Positions 35,956 to 47,127 of a stretch of DNA of 64,000 bases are shown here, in pieces. The translations under genes were made by a program, and so were the position numbers. The notes below the pieces were generated by a model. The model searched no databases. It saw only the letters and a program-made list of their open reading frames with translations, and was not told the origin of the DNA. The DNA is taken from positions 4,864 through 68,863 of the forward strand of contig QCRZ01000002.1 of assembly GCA_003209225.1 (NCBI GenBank), written 5' to 3'. This DNA comes from Pelagibacteraceae bacterium AG-464-B04 (GTDB taxonomy: Bacteria; Pseudomonadota; Alphaproteobacteria; Pelagibacterales; Pelagibacteraceae). Each line of letters starts with the position of its first letter. Position 1 is the stretch's first letter.

Positions 35956-36759
35956 TTAAAGAATATCCTCTGTTTCTTCTATATCTTCTGATGGTTTTAA
36001 AATATTTTCTTTAATTTTTCTTTTGTAATGAAAATAACTTATAGGAATTGTTAGAATATAAATAATACCCGTTAAAAAAAGTGCTTTGAAAGTATAAACA
36101 AATATTAATCCAAAATATAACCCGATTCCTAATAACAAAAAAATTGTAGAGCTTCTAGGTATTGTTATGCGTTTAAAAGAATAAGTTGGAAATTTACTTA
36201 TCATTAAAAAAGAAGTGATTATAAAAAGAGCAGAAACTATTAATATTTGGTATTGATCAAAAAAAAATATTTCTGCTTTATAAAAAACCAGAGGCAACAT
36301 AACTAATAATGCAGCTGCAGGAGAGGGAACTCCTTCAAAAAAATTTTCTTTCCATAAAGCATTTTCTTCATGCGTTGTTATATTGTACCTTGCTAATCTT
36401 AAAGCAGTGCACACCACATAAATTAAAACAATTAACCATCCTAATTTTCCAAGTTCGTTCATTGTCCAAAAATACATTATAAAAGCAGGGGCAACTCCAA
36501 AACTTACAACATCAGTAAGTGAATCCAATTCTTTTCCTACTTTTGATGTACCTTTAATCAATCTTGCAATTCTTCCATCTAAAGTATCTAGAATTCCTGA
36601 AAAAAGTAAGGCTATTATAGACAAACCATAATTTTGATCTAATGCAAATTTAATTGAACTCAAGCCTATACAAACTCCAACTATAGTTAGAGTGTTAGGT
36701 AATATTATTCTTGGGTTTCTTTGAGAAATAATTTTAAATTTTTTTTTATTTTCTATCAT
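35956..36759 (-). CDS. pssA: CDP-diacylglycerol--serine O-phosphatidyltransferase
   Basis: 267 aa. CDP-alcohol phosphatidyltransferase motif DTLDGRIARLIKGTSKVGKELDSLTDVVSFGVAPA. Confidence 0.9.
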   Translation of the reverse strand: MIENKKKFKIISQRNPRIILPNTLTIVGVCIGLSSIKFALDQNYGLSIIALLFSGILDTLDGRIARLIKGTSKVGKELDSLTDVVSFGVAPAFIMYFWTMNELGKLGWLIVLIYVVCTALRLARYNITTHEENALWKENFFEGVPSPAAALLVMLPLVFYKAEIFFFDQYQILIVSALFIITSFLMISKFPTYSFKRITIPRSSTIFLLLGIGLYFGLIFVYTFKALFLTGIIYILTIPISYFHYKRKIKENILKPSEDIEETEDIL

Positions 36760-36761
36760 TT

Positions 36762-37427
36762 TTATTTTTTAGCAATTAATGTCTCACCAGCAACTGTTGT
36801 TTGATTTTCTTTAACTAAACATTTGTAACTATTAAAATAAATATCAACTCTACTTCCAAATCTTATCATACCTATTCTTTCACCCTGTTTTATTGTTTCG
36901 TTTTTATTGCATTCGCAAACAATCCTTCTAGCAATTAAGCCGGCTATTTGAACTACAACTATTTCATCTCCACTCTTACTTTTAAATTTTATTAGATTTC
37001 TTTCATTTTCTTCACTGGCTTTATCAAGGGTAGCATTAAAAAATTTTCCCGGTATATAAAATATATCTTCTATCTCCGCTTCAGCGGGTGATCTATTTAC
37101 GTGGCAATTAAAAACACTCATAAAAATACTTACGCGGGTAAATTTTTTGTTTTCTAATGAAAGTTCTTTTGGTCCATTTGTTTCTGTTATTTGAGAAATT
37201 ATTCCATCAGCAGGGCTAACTAGATAGCTTTGATCATCAATTGAAAATCTGTCGGGATCTCTGAAAAAAAAATAAACCCAAATAGTAATTAATATTCCAA
37301 TAAAACCTAAGATTTTTGAAAATAACAATAAAAAAAAGGTAATTAAAATAGAAATAGCAATAAACTTATAACCTTCGTTATGAATTTTTTGCACTATTGC
37401 ATCTAATATTTGTTTTCCAACTTTCAT
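36762..37427 (-). CDS. psd: Phosphatidylserine decarboxylase proenzyme (short type)
   Basis: 221 aa with an N-terminal TM helix. GMIRFGSRVDIY contains the self-cleavage G-S. Confidence 0.9.
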   Translation of the reverse strand: MKVGKQILDAIVQKIHNEGYKFIAISILITFFLLLFSKILGFIGILITIWVYFFFRDPDRFSIDDQSYLVSPADGIISQITETNGPKELSLENKKFTRVSIFMSVFNCHVNRSPAEAEIEDIFYIPGKFFNATLDKASEENERNLIKFKSKSGDEIVVVQIAGLIARRIVCECNKNETIKQGERIGMIRFGSRVDIYFNSYKCLVKENQTTVAGETLIAKK

Positions 37428-37504
37428 ATTATCCTAATTGATAATTTTAGGTTAATATGTATAAAAACCAATTAATTTCAATTGTTATGATTAATTAAAA
37501 TATA

Positions 37505-38719
37505 GTGAGTAAAATTAAAGTAAATAATCCGATTGTAGACCTAAATGGCGATGAAATGACCAGAATAATCTGGGATTTTATCAAAAAACAACTCATTTTA
37601 CCTTATCTTGATTTAAAAATTGAAACTTATGATCTGGGTATTCAAAATAGAGATAGAACTGCAGATCAGGTAACTATAGATAGTGCGAATGCTATAAAAA
37701 AAATTGGTGTAGGAATAAAGTGTGCAACAATTACACCGGATGAAGCAAGAGTTAAAGAGTTCAATTTATCTAAAATGTGGAGATCTCCAAATGGAACAAT
37801 TAGAAATATATTGGGTGGAACAGTATTTAGGGAACCAATAATTTGCAGCAATATACCAAAGCTTGTACCTTCTTGGACCAATCCAGTTATAATAGGAAGA
37901 CATGCTTTTGGTGACCAGTATAGAGCTACTGATTTTAAAGTTCCTGGAAAAGGTAAACTTGAAATTAAATGGACTTCAGAAAACTTGAAGGATGAAAAAA
38001 AATTTGAAGTTTTCAATTTTCCTGGACCTGGAGTAGCTCTATCGATGTATAATTTAGATAAATCTATTGAAGATTTTGCACGGGCTTGTTTCAATTATGG
38101 ATTAATTCGTAATTGGCCAGTTTATCTTTCTACAAAAAATACTATTCTAAAAACTTACGATGGAAGATTTAAAGATATTTTTGAAAATATATATGAAAAA
38201 GAGTTTAAAAATGATTTTAAGAGATTAAATATCAGATACGAACATAGATTGATTGATGATATGGTTGCGTGTGCACTAAAATGGAATGGAAAATATATAT
38301 GGGCATGTAAAAATTATGATGGTGATGTTCAATCCGATACCATAGCTCAAGGATATGGTTCTTTAGGAATGATGACTAGTGTACTATTAGCACCAGATGG
38401 CAAAACTATGGAAGCGGAAGCAGCCCATGGCACAGTAACTAGACATTATCGAATGCACCAACAAGGAAAAGAAACCTCAACCAATCCAATAGCATCAATA
38501 TTTGCTTGGTCAAGGGGTTTGGCTCATCGTGGAAAATTAGATTCAAACCAAAAATTAATACTTTTCTGTAATACATTAGAAAAAGTATGTATAGAAACTG
38601 TTGAAAATGGTTTTATGACCAAAGATCTTTCAATGCTAGTTGGACCATCCACTAAACACCTAACTACTAACCAATTTTTAGAAACAATAAATAAATCTCT
38701 TAAAAATAAGCTAAATTAA
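37505..38719 (+). CDS. icd: NADP-dependent isocitrate dehydrogenase (eukaryote-like ~404-aa type)
   Basis: GTG start. [45 protein letters not shown]. Confidence 0.95.
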   Translation: MSKIKVNNPIVDLNGDEMTRIIWDFIKKQLILPYLDLKIETYDLGIQNRDRTADQVTIDSANAIKKIGVGIKCATITPDEARVKEFNLSKMWRSPNGTIRNILGGTVFREPIICSNIPKLVPSWTNPVIIGRHAFGDQYRATDFKVPGKGKLEIKWTSENLKDEKKFEVFNFPGPGVALSMYNLDKSIEDFARACFNYGLIRNWPVYLSTKNTILKTYDGRFKDIFENIYEKEFKNDFKRLNIRYEHRLIDDMVACALKWNGKYIWACKNYDGDVQSDTIAQGYGSLGMMTSVLLAPDGKTMEAEAAHGTVTRHYRMHQQGKETSTNPIASIFAWSRGLAHRGKLDSNQKLILFCNTLEKVCIETVENGFMTKDLSMLVGPSTKHLTTNQFLETINKSLKNKLN

Positions 38720-41368
38720 TTTTTTTAAAATTTCTTTGTAAGAATATTCAATCTTTTCTATTTTTTCTCCACCGGCTTGTGCAAAATCACTTCTTCCACC
38801 ACCTCCTTTTCCACCTAAAGCAAAGGATCCTATTTTAACTAAATCAACAGCGCTAATTTTTTCAGAAAGTTTTTTTGTAACTCCAATTGCAATTCCTAAT
38901 TTTTTTTCTTGTATTGCGTAAGCGATTACAATTCCTTCCTTAAGATCCTTTTTTCCTTTATCAATTATTGATCTAAGTTCTTTTGTAGGTAGTCCTTGTA
39001 TTTTTTGAAATCTAATTTTAATTTTATTTACAATTTCATCTTTAACTTGATTTTGGTCTTGATTTTTTAAAATACTTTCTATTAGCAATTTTTCATGCTG
39101 AATTTTTAGTTTATTTAAATCTTTTTCGTCTTTACTAATATTTATCCCAAAAGATTTTATTTGATTTTTAATTTGATCAATATTTTCTTGTAGTTTTTTA
39201 TCTTTGTTTTCTTGATCAATTTTTTTTGTTTTTAAATATTTAGATAATTGAAGAGCTCTCAAAGCCTCTATTCTTCTTACTCCAGCAGCAATTGCTGACT
39301 GACTTATTATTTTGAAACTACCTATTTCAGAGGTATTCTTAACGTGAGTTCCTCCACATAATTCTGTAGAAAAATACGTGTTTTTTTCATTGCCCATTGA
39401 TAACACCCTTACTTCTTCGCCATATTTTTCACCGAATAAAGCTAACGCCCCACCGTCAACTGCTTCCTGAGGTGTCATTAATCTGGTTCGAACTTCTCCT
39501 TTAGATTTAATCATTAAATTAACGTAGTTTTCAATTTTATTAATTTCATCTTTTGAAATTGGCTTCATATGACTGAAGTCAAATCGAAGCCTATCTGGCC
39601 CCACAAATGAACCTTTTTGGGTAACGTGTTTTCCTAATACTCTTCTTAATGCTTCATTTAACAAATGTGTAGCTGAATGATATGCTCTAATATTTAATCT
39701 TCTTTCTGAGTTTATTTTTAAATCTAAAGTATTTCCTTTAGATATTGATCCTTTGGTTAGTTTGCCAATATGCAAATGAAGATCTCCTAATTTTTTTTGG
39801 GTATCCGTTACTTCAAAATGACTTTTCGAATTAAAAAGAAAACCAGTATCACCTATTTGACCACCCGACTCTCCATAAAAAGGTGTTTGATTGGTAATTA
39901 TTATTCCTTCTTTGCCTTCACTTAAAGTTTCAATTTCTTTTCCATTAGAAACAATAGAGAGGACAACGCCTTGTGAATTGTCAGTTTCATATCCTAAAAA
40001 ATCTGTAGGTCCTAATTTTTCTCTAACATTAAACCAAATGTGCTCAATGGCACTATCGCCGGAACCTTTCCAATTTTTTTTAGCATCTTCTCTTCTTTTT
40101 GTCATTAATTGATTAAATTCATTTAGATCAACTTTTATAGATTTGTTTCTTAGAACATCTTGAGTTAGATCTAATGGAAATCCATAAGTATCATATAATT
40201 TAAAAGCTACATCACCTGGTAATACTTCTTTGACTTTTTTAGTTTCTTCTTCAAGTAGATTCATGCCTCTTTCAAGAAGTATTAAAAATTTTTCCTCTTC
40301 CATTTTTAAAGTTTCTGAAATAAGTGCTTCTGCTCTTAATAGTTCTGGATAACTTGAAGACATTTCTTCAATTAAAATTTTAAAAATTTTATTAAATATT
40401 GGTTCTTTGGAACCTAATAAATGAGAATGTCTCATTCCTCTTCTCATGATTCTTCTCAGGACATACCCTCTTCCCTCATTGGAAGGCAAAACTCCTTCTG
40501 CAATTAAAAAAGAGCTTGCTCTTAAATGATCAGCGATGACTCTAAAACTTGCTATATTTTCTTCGTGTGCTTTAATTTTTAAAATTTCAGAAGTTGAATT
40601 TATTATTTTTTTGAAATGATCTGTTTGATAGTTGTCATGAGTGCCTTGCAGCAAAGCGGAGATTCTTTCTAATCCCATACCAGTATCAACTGATGGTTTT
40701 GGCAAATTAATTCTTTTTTCTTTAGATATTTGCTCAAACTGCATAAAAACCAAGTTCCAAATTTCAATAAACCTATCCCCATCCTGATTGGCGGTCCCTG
40801 GTAAACCTCCTTTTAAATGATCACCATGATCATAAAAAATTTCTGAGCAAGGTCCACATGGTCCCGTTTCTCCCATAGACCAAAAATTATCAGATGTAGA
40901 AATTTTAATAATTCTGTCGTTACTTAAACCAGCAATTTTTTTCCACAAATTAAAGGCATCATTATCTTCATTAAACACGGTAACATACAAATTATCTTTT
41001 TTGAGGCCAAATTCCTTCGTAATTAATTCCCAAGCCAAACTTATTGCTTTATCTTTAAAATAATCACCAAATGAAAAATTTCCTAACATTTCAAAAAATG
41101 TATGGTGCCTTGGCGTGTATCCAACATTTTCTAAATCATTGTGCTTACCACCTGCTCTTACACACTTTTGTGAAGTAGTGGCCCTTATATAATCTCTTTT
41201 TTCTAAACCCGTAAATACATTTTTGAATTGAACCATTCCCGAATTAGCAAACATTAGAGTTGGGTCATTATCTGGGACTAAATTGCTAGACTCAATAATC
41301 TTATGATTATTTTTTTCAAAGTACTTTAAAAAAGTACTTCTTATTTCATTTAATGATTTGCTAGCCAT
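38711..41368 (-). CDS. alaS: Alanine--tRNA ligase
   Basis: 885 aa. [26 protein letters not shown], editing-domain HSATHLL...CGGTHV, and a C-terminal DHHA1-like GGKGGG. Confidence 0.97.
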   Translation of the reverse strand: MASKSLNEIRSTFLKYFEKNNHKIIESSNLVPDNDPTLMFANSGMVQFKNVFTGLEKRDYIRATTSQKCVRAGGKHNDLENVGYTPRHHTFFEMLGNFSFGDYFKDKAISLAWELITKEFGLKKDNLYVTVFNEDNDAFNLWKKIAGLSNDRIIKISTSDNFWSMGETGPCGPCSEIFYDHGDHLKGGLPGTANQDGDRFIEIWNLVFMQFEQISKEKRINLPKPSVDTGMGLERISALLQGTHDNYQTDHFKKIINSTSEILKIKAHEENIASFRVIADHLRASSFLIAEGVLPSNEGRGYVLRRIMRRGMRHSHLLGSKEPIFNKIFKILIEEMSSSYPELLRAEALISETLKMEEEKFLILLERGMNLLEEETKKVKEVLPGDVAFKLYDTYGFPLDLTQDVLRNKSIKVDLNEFNQLMTKRREDAKKNWKGSGDSAIEHIWFNVREKLGPTDFLGYETDNSQGVVLSIVSNGKEIETLSEGKEGIIITNQTPFYGESGGQIGDTGFLFNSKSHFEVTDTQKKLGDLHLHIGKLTKGSISKGNTLDLKINSERRLNIRAYHSATHLLNEALRRVLGKHVTQKGSFVGPDRLRFDFSHMKPISKDEINKIENYVNLMIKSKGEVRTRLMTPQEAVDGGALALFGEKYGEEVRVLSMGNEKNTYFSTELCGGTHVKNTSEIGSFKIISQSAIAAGVRRIEALRALQLSKYLKTKKIDQENKDKKLQENIDQIKNQIKSFGINISKDEKDLNKLKIQHEKLLIESILKNQDQNQVKDEIVNKIKIRFQKIQGLPTKELRSIIDKGKKDLKEGIVIAYAIQEKKLGIAIGVTKKLSEKISAVDLVKIGSFALGGKGGGGRSDFAQAGGEKIEKIEYSYKEILKKLI

Positions 41369-41418
41369 ATTTTTAAAATACAGCTTTTTTATTTGATGTC
41401 TAGATAACAGTATGGGAG

Positions 41419-41446
41419 AAAAGGCGCTTATTAAAGCGCCTTTTTT
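41419..41446 (-). terminator. Rho-independent terminator downstream of recA
   Basis: GGCGCTT-ATTA-AAGCGCC (7-bp stem) flanked by A/T runs. The minus-strand transcript ends in UUUUCU. Confidence 0.6.
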
Positions 41447-41465
41447 AATTAAAGATGTTTTTTAA

Positions 41466-42590
41466 CTAATTTTTTTTTGATGGATCGGTCTCTTTTTTTA
41501 ATACTTCTTTGCTTTTTTCTTTTTCAATAGGATTTCCCTCAATTTTTTTTACTATAACTCCAGCCTTTTCTCTTACAGCCATTTCAATTTCTGCAGCTAC
41601 TTTTGGATTTTGCTCTAAATAAATTTTGGCATTTTCTCTACCTTGACCTATTTTTTCTCCTTTATAAGCGTACCAAGCACCTGCTTTTTCTACGATATCT
41701 GCTTTGGCACCAAGATCAACTAATTCTCCTGTTTTGCTAATACCTTTTCCATACATTAAATCAAATTCTACTACTTTAAATGGAGGTGATACTTTGTTTT
41801 TAACTACTTTAACTCTTGTTGAATTTCCTATAATTTGATCTTTATCTTTTATCGCACCTATTCTTCGAATATCCATTCTTACAGATGAATAAAATTTTAG
41901 CGCATTGCCTCCCGATGTAGTTTCTGGATTTCCAAACATTACGCCAATTTTCATTCTTATTTGGTTTATAAAAATAACCATTGTGTTGGTTCTTGAAATT
42001 GAACTCGTAAGTTTTCTTAATGCTTGACTCATTAATCTGGATTGTAAACCAACATGATGGTCGCCCATATCACCTTCTATTTCTGCTCGGGGTGTTAATG
42101 CAGCAACAGAATCTATTACCAAAACAGAAATTGATCCTGATTTAATTAAGGTGTCTGTTATTTCTAATGCCTGCTCACCTGTATCAGGTTGAGAAATTAA
42201 AAGTTCGTCTGTTTTAACACCTAATTTTTTTGCATAAACGGGGTCTAATGCGTGTTCCGCATCTATAAATCCGCAAATTCCTCCTGATTTCTGGGCTTCG
42301 GCAATAACTTGTAATGCTAAAGTTGTTTTTCCCGATGACTCAGGTCCATAAATTTCTACTACTCTTCCTTTTGGTAGACCCCCGATACCTAGGGCTAAAT
42401 CTAAACTAAGTGAGCCTGTAGATATTGACTCAATATCCATTGCGGTCTGTTGACCCAACTTCATTACTGAACCTTTTCCAAAAGTATCGTCGATTTGACT
42501 TATGGCTGCATCTAAAGCTTTGTTTTTTTCTTTACTTTCTAATTCATGATTTTTATTAGATTTGACTATTTTTAAGTTATTTTTTGTCAT
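41466..42590 (-). CDS. recA: Recombinase RecA (with short N- and C-terminal extensions)
   Basis: 374 aa. [12 protein letters not shown] (Walker A), [38 protein letters not shown]. Confidence 0.97.
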   Translation of the reverse strand: MTKNNLKIVKSNKNHELESKEKNKALDAAISQIDDTFGKGSVMKLGQQTAMDIESISTGSLSLDLALGIGGLPKGRVVEIYGPESSGKTTLALQVIAEAQKSGGICGFIDAEHALDPVYAKKLGVKTDELLISQPDTGEQALEITDTLIKSGSISVLVIDSVAALTPRAEIEGDMGDHHVGLQSRLMSQALRKLTSSISRTNTMVIFINQIRMKIGVMFGNPETTSGGNALKFYSSVRMDIRRIGAIKDKDQIIGNSTRVKVVKNKVSPPFKVVEFDLMYGKGISKTGELVDLGAKADIVEKAGAWYAYKGEKIGQGRENAKIYLEQNPKVAAEIEMAVREKAGVIVKKIEGNPIEKEKSKEVLKKETDPSKKN

Positions 42591-42637
42591 TTTATGCCCT
42601 TTTTTTATAATTTTTATATCGAATCAATAGAATAAAT

Positions 42638-42652
42638 GTACACATTTTGTTC
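42638..42652 (-). promoter_or_regulatory. Candidate LexA (SOS) box upstream of recA, one mismatch to the alphaproteobacterial GAAC-N7-GAAC
   Basis: In gene orientation it reads GAACAAAATGTGTAC, 48-62 nt upstream of the recA ATG. It shares the left half GAACAAA with the umuD box. Confidence 0.45.
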
Positions 42653-42700
42653 TTTTTATCAATAGTTATTAATAATTTAAATTACATTAAAAATTATCAG

Positions 42701-43996
42701 CTAATTTAAGCCTAAATTTGATCCTGTTAATCGACCAACTGACAATAGCAGTTTGTATTGGGATAAAAGAAAATCTCTTTGCGAATTGGCCAAACTTATT
42801 TTGGCATCAAGCAACATGGAATTTGATTGTATGACATCAAGTGTAGATCTTCCTGCGCCAGATTCGTATTCCTGAGTGATACCCTCATTAGCTATTTCAG
42901 CAGCTTTTACTTGAGATTTAATAGATATTAAAAAACTTTTTGAAGATTTAAAATTAGACCAAGCATTTGTTACTAATGCTTCGCTAGATTTTTTAGCATC
43001 CTCAAGTAATAATTCCTTTTGGTATTTTAATCTTTTTGATTTTTTTAAACTTGCGGTATTTTTACCTCCAGAAAATATTGGCCAAGAAGCTTCTGCCTTT
43101 AGTATTTCTTGATCTCTTTCATCAACTGTTGAACTCAAATCTTGACTTTCTTTTAACTCAAAGGAAAGTTTTGCACTTGGCATTAATTCTGACCTAGCTA
43201 TTATAATATCCTTTTTAGATTGTTCTAACTCTAAGATTGCAATGTTTAAATCTGGACTTTCTTTCTTTGAAATTTGATTTGCAACACCTAAGCTTCTAGG
43301 GAGTTTATAATTAAAAGTACTTAAGGAAAATAAATTTTTATAGTTATTTATACTTCCGATAGTCTTTTCATAATTCAGTTTACTGGTTATTAATTTATTT
43401 TCTGCATCAATCAATTTTGCTTTTGCTCCTGCTAGAGAAGCTTCTGATTGAGCCAAATCTGTTAAATTTATCTCTCCACGTTCTAACCTTCCCCTATTAG
43501 TTTCTACCTGCCTTTCAAATAAGTTTACATTTTCTTTGTTTATTTTAACTTTTTTATTGCTCAAAACTAGGTTGGTATATACCTCAATGGACTCAAATAA
43601 AATTTCTTGTTCGACTTTTTTAAGATTAAATTTTGCTAGTTCTAAACCGATATTATTTTTTTCCAAATTTGCATATCTCCCTTTACCCTCATAAAGACTT
43701 TGTTCAATTAAAATTTTTTGTTGACTAGGTTCAAAATTTGATTTTTTGGAACCTCCCGTTCTATCAGTTTGTTTTGTTGTATTTTCATCGCTTAGATAAC
43801 CGGAGATAGTTATCGTTGGTAAAAATTCACTTTTTGCTTCGTTTATACTTTCTTCAGAAATTTTTATATTTTCTCTCTCTGCATTCAATCTTGGATTGTT
43901 TCTATATGCTTCACCTAAAGCTTGTTTTAAACTTACGGCACTAGCTTTGTTAAAAAAAAATATACTAAAGAATAAAATTATAATTACTTTTTTCAT
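42701..43996 (-). CDS. tolC: TolC-family outer-membrane efflux protein
   Basis: 431 aa with a signal peptide. Two internally repeated OEP halves with typical coiled-coil-rich sequence (LKQALGEAYRNNPRLNAERENI...). Confidence 0.8.
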   Translation of the reverse strand: MKKVIIILFFSIFFFNKASAVSLKQALGEAYRNNPRLNAERENIKISEESINEAKSEFLPTITISGYLSDENTTKQTDRTGGSKKSNFEPSQQKILIEQSLYEGKGRYANLEKNNIGLELAKFNLKKVEQEILFESIEVYTNLVLSNKKVKINKENVNLFERQVETNRGRLERGEINLTDLAQSEASLAGAKAKLIDAENKLITSKLNYEKTIGSINNYKNLFSLSTFNYKLPRSLGVANQISKKESPDLNIAILELEQSKKDIIIARSELMPSAKLSFELKESQDLSSTVDERDQEILKAEASWPIFSGGKNTASLKKSKRLKYQKELLLEDAKKSSEALVTNAWSNFKSSKSFLISIKSQVKAAEIANEGITQEYESGAGRSTLDVIQSNSMLLDAKISLANSQRDFLLSQYKLLLSVGRLTGSNLGLN

Positions 43997-44919
43997 TAAT
44001 TTTTGAACCTAATTTTATTTATTTGATGTTTTTTGTTTAAAGTTAAAACAATTGATGCAACTTTTGGCATATCTTTAAGCATCTGTAAAGTTACTCTTTG
44101 ATAAAACATAATAAAACGCTTTATTTTATTATATGACATTATTTTATTTTTTGAGTAGCGCTTGTTATTCAGCTTATTTTCTTGAAGTAGCCTCCATTTA
44201 AAAACCATATTAAAGTTTGGAATTTTTATAAAGACAAAATTATCAATCATTGAAAAAAAATTTTTATAGTCTTCTCTAAGTTTTTTATTAACATATTTTC
44301 TCCATATTAAATCTTTATCTTCATTTTTTTCAAGAATATTGATTGGTTTTTTTAAGAGAGAATTTAATTGGGGCTTTGCTCCTACGCACCAACCTTCTAA
44401 TATTACTATTTCAGGTCTTTTTTTAATATTGGTCCAATGCTTCGCTTTTAAACGATCGTCTATTAATTTGTTAAACTTAGGTGATTTAAATTTTTTAAAT
44501 TTTTTTTTTTTTATAAAAGCATAAAATTTTTTAATTAAATTCACATCATGTGTACCAGGAACTCCTCTTGTCAAAAACAAAGGATGGATTTTATGTGACA
44601 TTTTATTACGGTCTTCCAATGTTTTGTAAAAATCGTCAATAGAACTTACATATATTTCTCTTTTAAAATAATCTTTTAAAATAATCTCTAAAATTCCTGA
44701 AATTGTAGTTTTTCCAGAACCTTGCCCTCCTGAAAAACCTATAAATAAAGTTTTTCCCTTTTTTCTATATTTATTATCTATCCAAAACGACATGGGTATA
44801 TAAATTTTTTTTAAGCTCTTTATTTTTTCTGCTTTAGAATTTCCTAAAATCTTTTCTTTATTTAGAAATTTAAAATAGTCTTCTTTTACGTTATCAAAAC
44901 ACTCATTAACTGATCGCAT
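43996..44919 (-). CDS. P-loop kinase of the D-glycerate 3-kinase (GLYK) / uridine-kinase-like family
   Basis: 307 aa. FIGFSGGQGSGKTT (P-loop), SIDDFYKT, LTRGVPGTHD, VILEGWCVG. The stop overlaps the tolC start (TAATG). Confidence 0.6.
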   Translation of the reverse strand: MRSVNECFDNVKEDYFKFLNKEKILGNSKAEKIKSLKKIYIPMSFWIDNKYRKKGKTLFIGFSGGQGSGKTTISGILEIILKDYFKREIYVSSIDDFYKTLEDRNKMSHKIHPLFLTRGVPGTHDVNLIKKFYAFIKKKKFKKFKSPKFNKLIDDRLKAKHWTNIKKRPEIVILEGWCVGAKPQLNSLLKKPINILEKNEDKDLIWRKYVNKKLREDYKNFFSMIDNFVFIKIPNFNMVFKWRLLQENKLNNKRYSKNKIMSYNKIKRFIMFYQRVTLQMLKDMPKVASIVLTLNKKHQINKIRFKN

Positions 44920-44927
44920 TAAATTAA

Positions 44928-45296
44928 TTATTTTTTATCTAGAGGATGATTTTCGCCATCACTGATAATTATATTTTTCAACTCAAGTGGCTTAACCTCT
45001 TCTATACACCCGACGTTTATCATATAAACTTTATCGTGATTGCTTCTTGGGTTTGTGTGAGTATAAATTCCACACTTTGAGCAAAAATAATGTTCAGCTA
45101 CTTTTGTATGATATTGATAAAGAGTTAAAAGATCCTGTCCTTTGATAAGTTTAAAATTGTCTGGGCTAATTGGTGTCATTATATAACCTTTTCTTTTGCA
45201 AATTGAACAGTTGCATCTAACAAGCTTTTCAAATCCTTTTTCTGGTAATTTTACTTCAGCTTCTACTCCTCCGCAGTGACAAGTTAATTTTTTCAT
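44928..45296 (-). CDS. GFA-family (glutathione-dependent formaldehyde-activating / CENP-V-like) zinc protein
   Basis: 122 aa. Cys pattern CHCGGV...CNCSICKRKG...CSKCG. Confidence 0.8.
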   Translation of the reverse strand: MKKLTCHCGGVEAEVKLPEKGFEKLVRCNCSICKRKGYIMTPISPDNFKLIKGQDLLTLYQYHTKVAEHYFCSKCGIYTHTNPRSNHDKVYMINVGCIEEVKPLELKNIIISDGENHPLDKK

Positions 45297-45454
45297 TTTT
45301 TTTAATTAGAATTCTTTAGCATGGTTTTTATACTGTGGTAAGAATTATCCGCAATATTGATAGTTCTATTTCAAATGTTCTTGTTTTGATTCCCTTACGA
45401 TTCTACTTTGGATTCAAAATACAACCTAATTGACTGTATATTAAATATATAGTA

Positions 45455-45469
45455 GAACAAATCAAGAAC
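45455..45469 (+). promoter_or_regulatory. LexA (SOS) box, perfect alphaproteobacterial direct repeat GAAC-N7-GAAC
   Basis: GAACAAATCAAGAAC ends 4 nt before the umuD ATG. Confidence 0.7.
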
Positions 45470-45473
45470 ATTT

Positions 45474-45869
45474 ATGAATTTACTATTACCATTTTATTTG
45501 CATAAAGCGGGAGCAGGTTTTCCATCGCCAGCTACTGATTATGTAGAAGAAGATATAGATCTTAATATTCATTTAATTAAAAACACACCTGCTACTTTCG
45601 TTATAAGGGTACAGGGTAAGTCTATGTCGGACGTTGGAATTTGTGATGGGGATATTTTAATAGTTGATAAAAGCCTAAAACCAAAAAATTTTTCAACAGT
45701 AATTGCAAACATAAATGGTGATCTTGTTGTAAAAAATTTTGTAAAAGAAAAAAATTTAAAATTTCTTTCTTCGGGATCTAAAAATTTTAATGACAGGATT
45801 GTTATAAATGAAAATTCAGATATTTTTATTTGGGGGGTTGTAACTTATGTCATCCATTCAACATACTAA
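45474..45869 (+). CDS. umuD: Translesion polymerase V accessory protein UmuD (S24 peptidase)
   Basis: 131 aa. [23 protein letters not shown] (Ser nucleophile), GDILIVD, LVVKNF (Lys). Confidence 0.85.
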   Translation: MNLLLPFYLHKAGAGFPSPATDYVEEDIDLNIHLIKNTPATFVIRVQGKSMSDVGICDGDILIVDKSLKPKNFSTVIANINGDLVVKNFVKEKNLKFLSSGSKNFNDRIVINENSDIFIWGVVTYVIHSTY

Positions 45870-47127
45870 AAAAATAGCATTGGTCGATTGTAATTCATTT
45901 TATGTCTCTTGTGAAAGGTTATTTAAACCATCACTAAATAAAAAACCTGTTATAGTTTTATCTAATAATGATGGTTGTATAATTTCAAGATCTATTGAGG
46001 CAAAAGCTCTTGGAATAAAAATGGGTGATCCATATTTTAAAGCCAAAAATATAATTTTAAAAAATAAAGTTCATGTATTTTCTTCCAATTACGCATTGTA
46101 TGGGGACATGTCCAGAAGAGTTATGAGAACTTTAAAATATTTTACACAAGAAATAGAAATTTATTCTATAGATGAAGCTTTCTTGGATTTAACAAATTTT
46201 CCTGATGATTTAGTAGAGCTTTTTGGAAAAAAAATTAGAAGCACAATATTAGAATGGACAGGTATTCCAACCAGCATAGGTATAGCAACAACTAAAACTT
46301 TAAGTAAGATAGCAAATCATGTTGCAAAGAAAGAGAAGTCTGGGGTTGTAAGTTTAATAAATATTAAAAATATCGATTCAATATTAGAGAAAATAGAAAT
46401 TAACGATGTATGGGGTGTTGGAAAACAATTAACCAAATTTTATATTAGAAATAATATTAGCAATGCAAAACAATTAAAGAATATATCAAATACATGGATA
46501 AAAAAAAGTTCTAATGTTTTAAGCTCTAGGACGGCAATGGAGTTAAGAGGTATATCTTGTATTTCTTTAGAAAAAAGTCAATCAAAAAGAAAAAGTTGCT
46601 GTGTATCAAGATCGTTTGGAAAAAAAGTAGAAAATTATCAAGAGTTAAAAGAATCTGTGACCGCACATTGCTTAAATGCTGCAGAAAAAATAAGATCTGA
46701 ATCTTTGTTTGCAAAATCAATAACTGTCTACATAAGAACAAGTCCTTTTCAAAATAAAGGAATATACTATTCAAATTCTAAAACTATGGATTTTCCAATT
46801 GCTACTGACAATAGTTTTGAAATAGTAAAAAATGCTTTAGCTGGTTTAGAATTTATTTTTAAAGATGGGTATAGATATCAAAAATCAGGAATAATTTTAT
46901 CAGGACTATCTGATTCTGAAAAAAACCAAAATTTATTTTTTAATAAAAAAAATAACAAAATTAAAAACCTAATGAAATCTATTGATTTAACAAATCACAG
47001 ATATGGTCGTTCAACTTTAAGCTTAGCGGATGCTGGTATAAGTAAAAAGCGGAATACAAGAAAACAATATTCTTCAAAAATTGATACTGCTGATTTTTAT
47101 CTTTTGCCAAGAGTAAGGGCTATTTAA
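45847..47127 (+). CDS. umuC: Y-family DNA polymerase V catalytic subunit UmuC
   Basis: 426 aa. [36 protein letters not shown]. Overlaps the end of umuD. Confidence 0.9.
   Translation: MSSIQHTKKIALVDCNSFYVSCERLFKPSLNKKPVIVLSNNDGCIISRSIEAKALGIKMGDPYFKAKNIILKNKVHVFSSNYALYGDMSRRVMRTLKYFTQEIEIYSIDEAFLDLTNFPDDLVELFGKKIRSTILEWTGIPTSIGIATTKTLSKIANHVAKKEKSGVVSLINIKNIDSILEKIEINDVWGVGKQLTKFYIRNNISNAKQLKNISNTWIKKSSNVLSSRTAMELRGISCISLEKSQSKRKSCCVSRSFGKKVENYQELKESVTAHCLNAAEKIRSESLFAKSITVYIRTSPFQNKGIYYSNSKTMDFPIATDNSFEIVKNALAGLEFIFKDGYRYQKSGIILSGLSDSEKNQNLFFNKKNNKIKNLMKSIDLTNHRYGRSTLSLADAGISKKRNTRKQYSSKIDTADFYLLPRVRAI

Noticed and set aside
38711-38719. The convergent 9-nt overlap of the icd and alaS 3' ends, and similar convergent overlaps at 47120-47127, 49843-49848 and 55685-55688, as possible antisense regulation.
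   Set aside because: Short convergent overlaps are frequent across this window and are consistent with genome streamlining. No hairpins or extended complementarity beyond the stop codons were seen.
45425-45452. An E. coli-type LexA box (CTGT-N8-ACAG) suggested by GACTGTATATTAAATATATAGTAG upstream of umuD.
   Set aside because: The right half is TAG/ATAG, not ACAG, and the spacing is wrong. The adjacent perfect GAAC-N7-GAAC fits the expected alphaproteobacterial operator much better.
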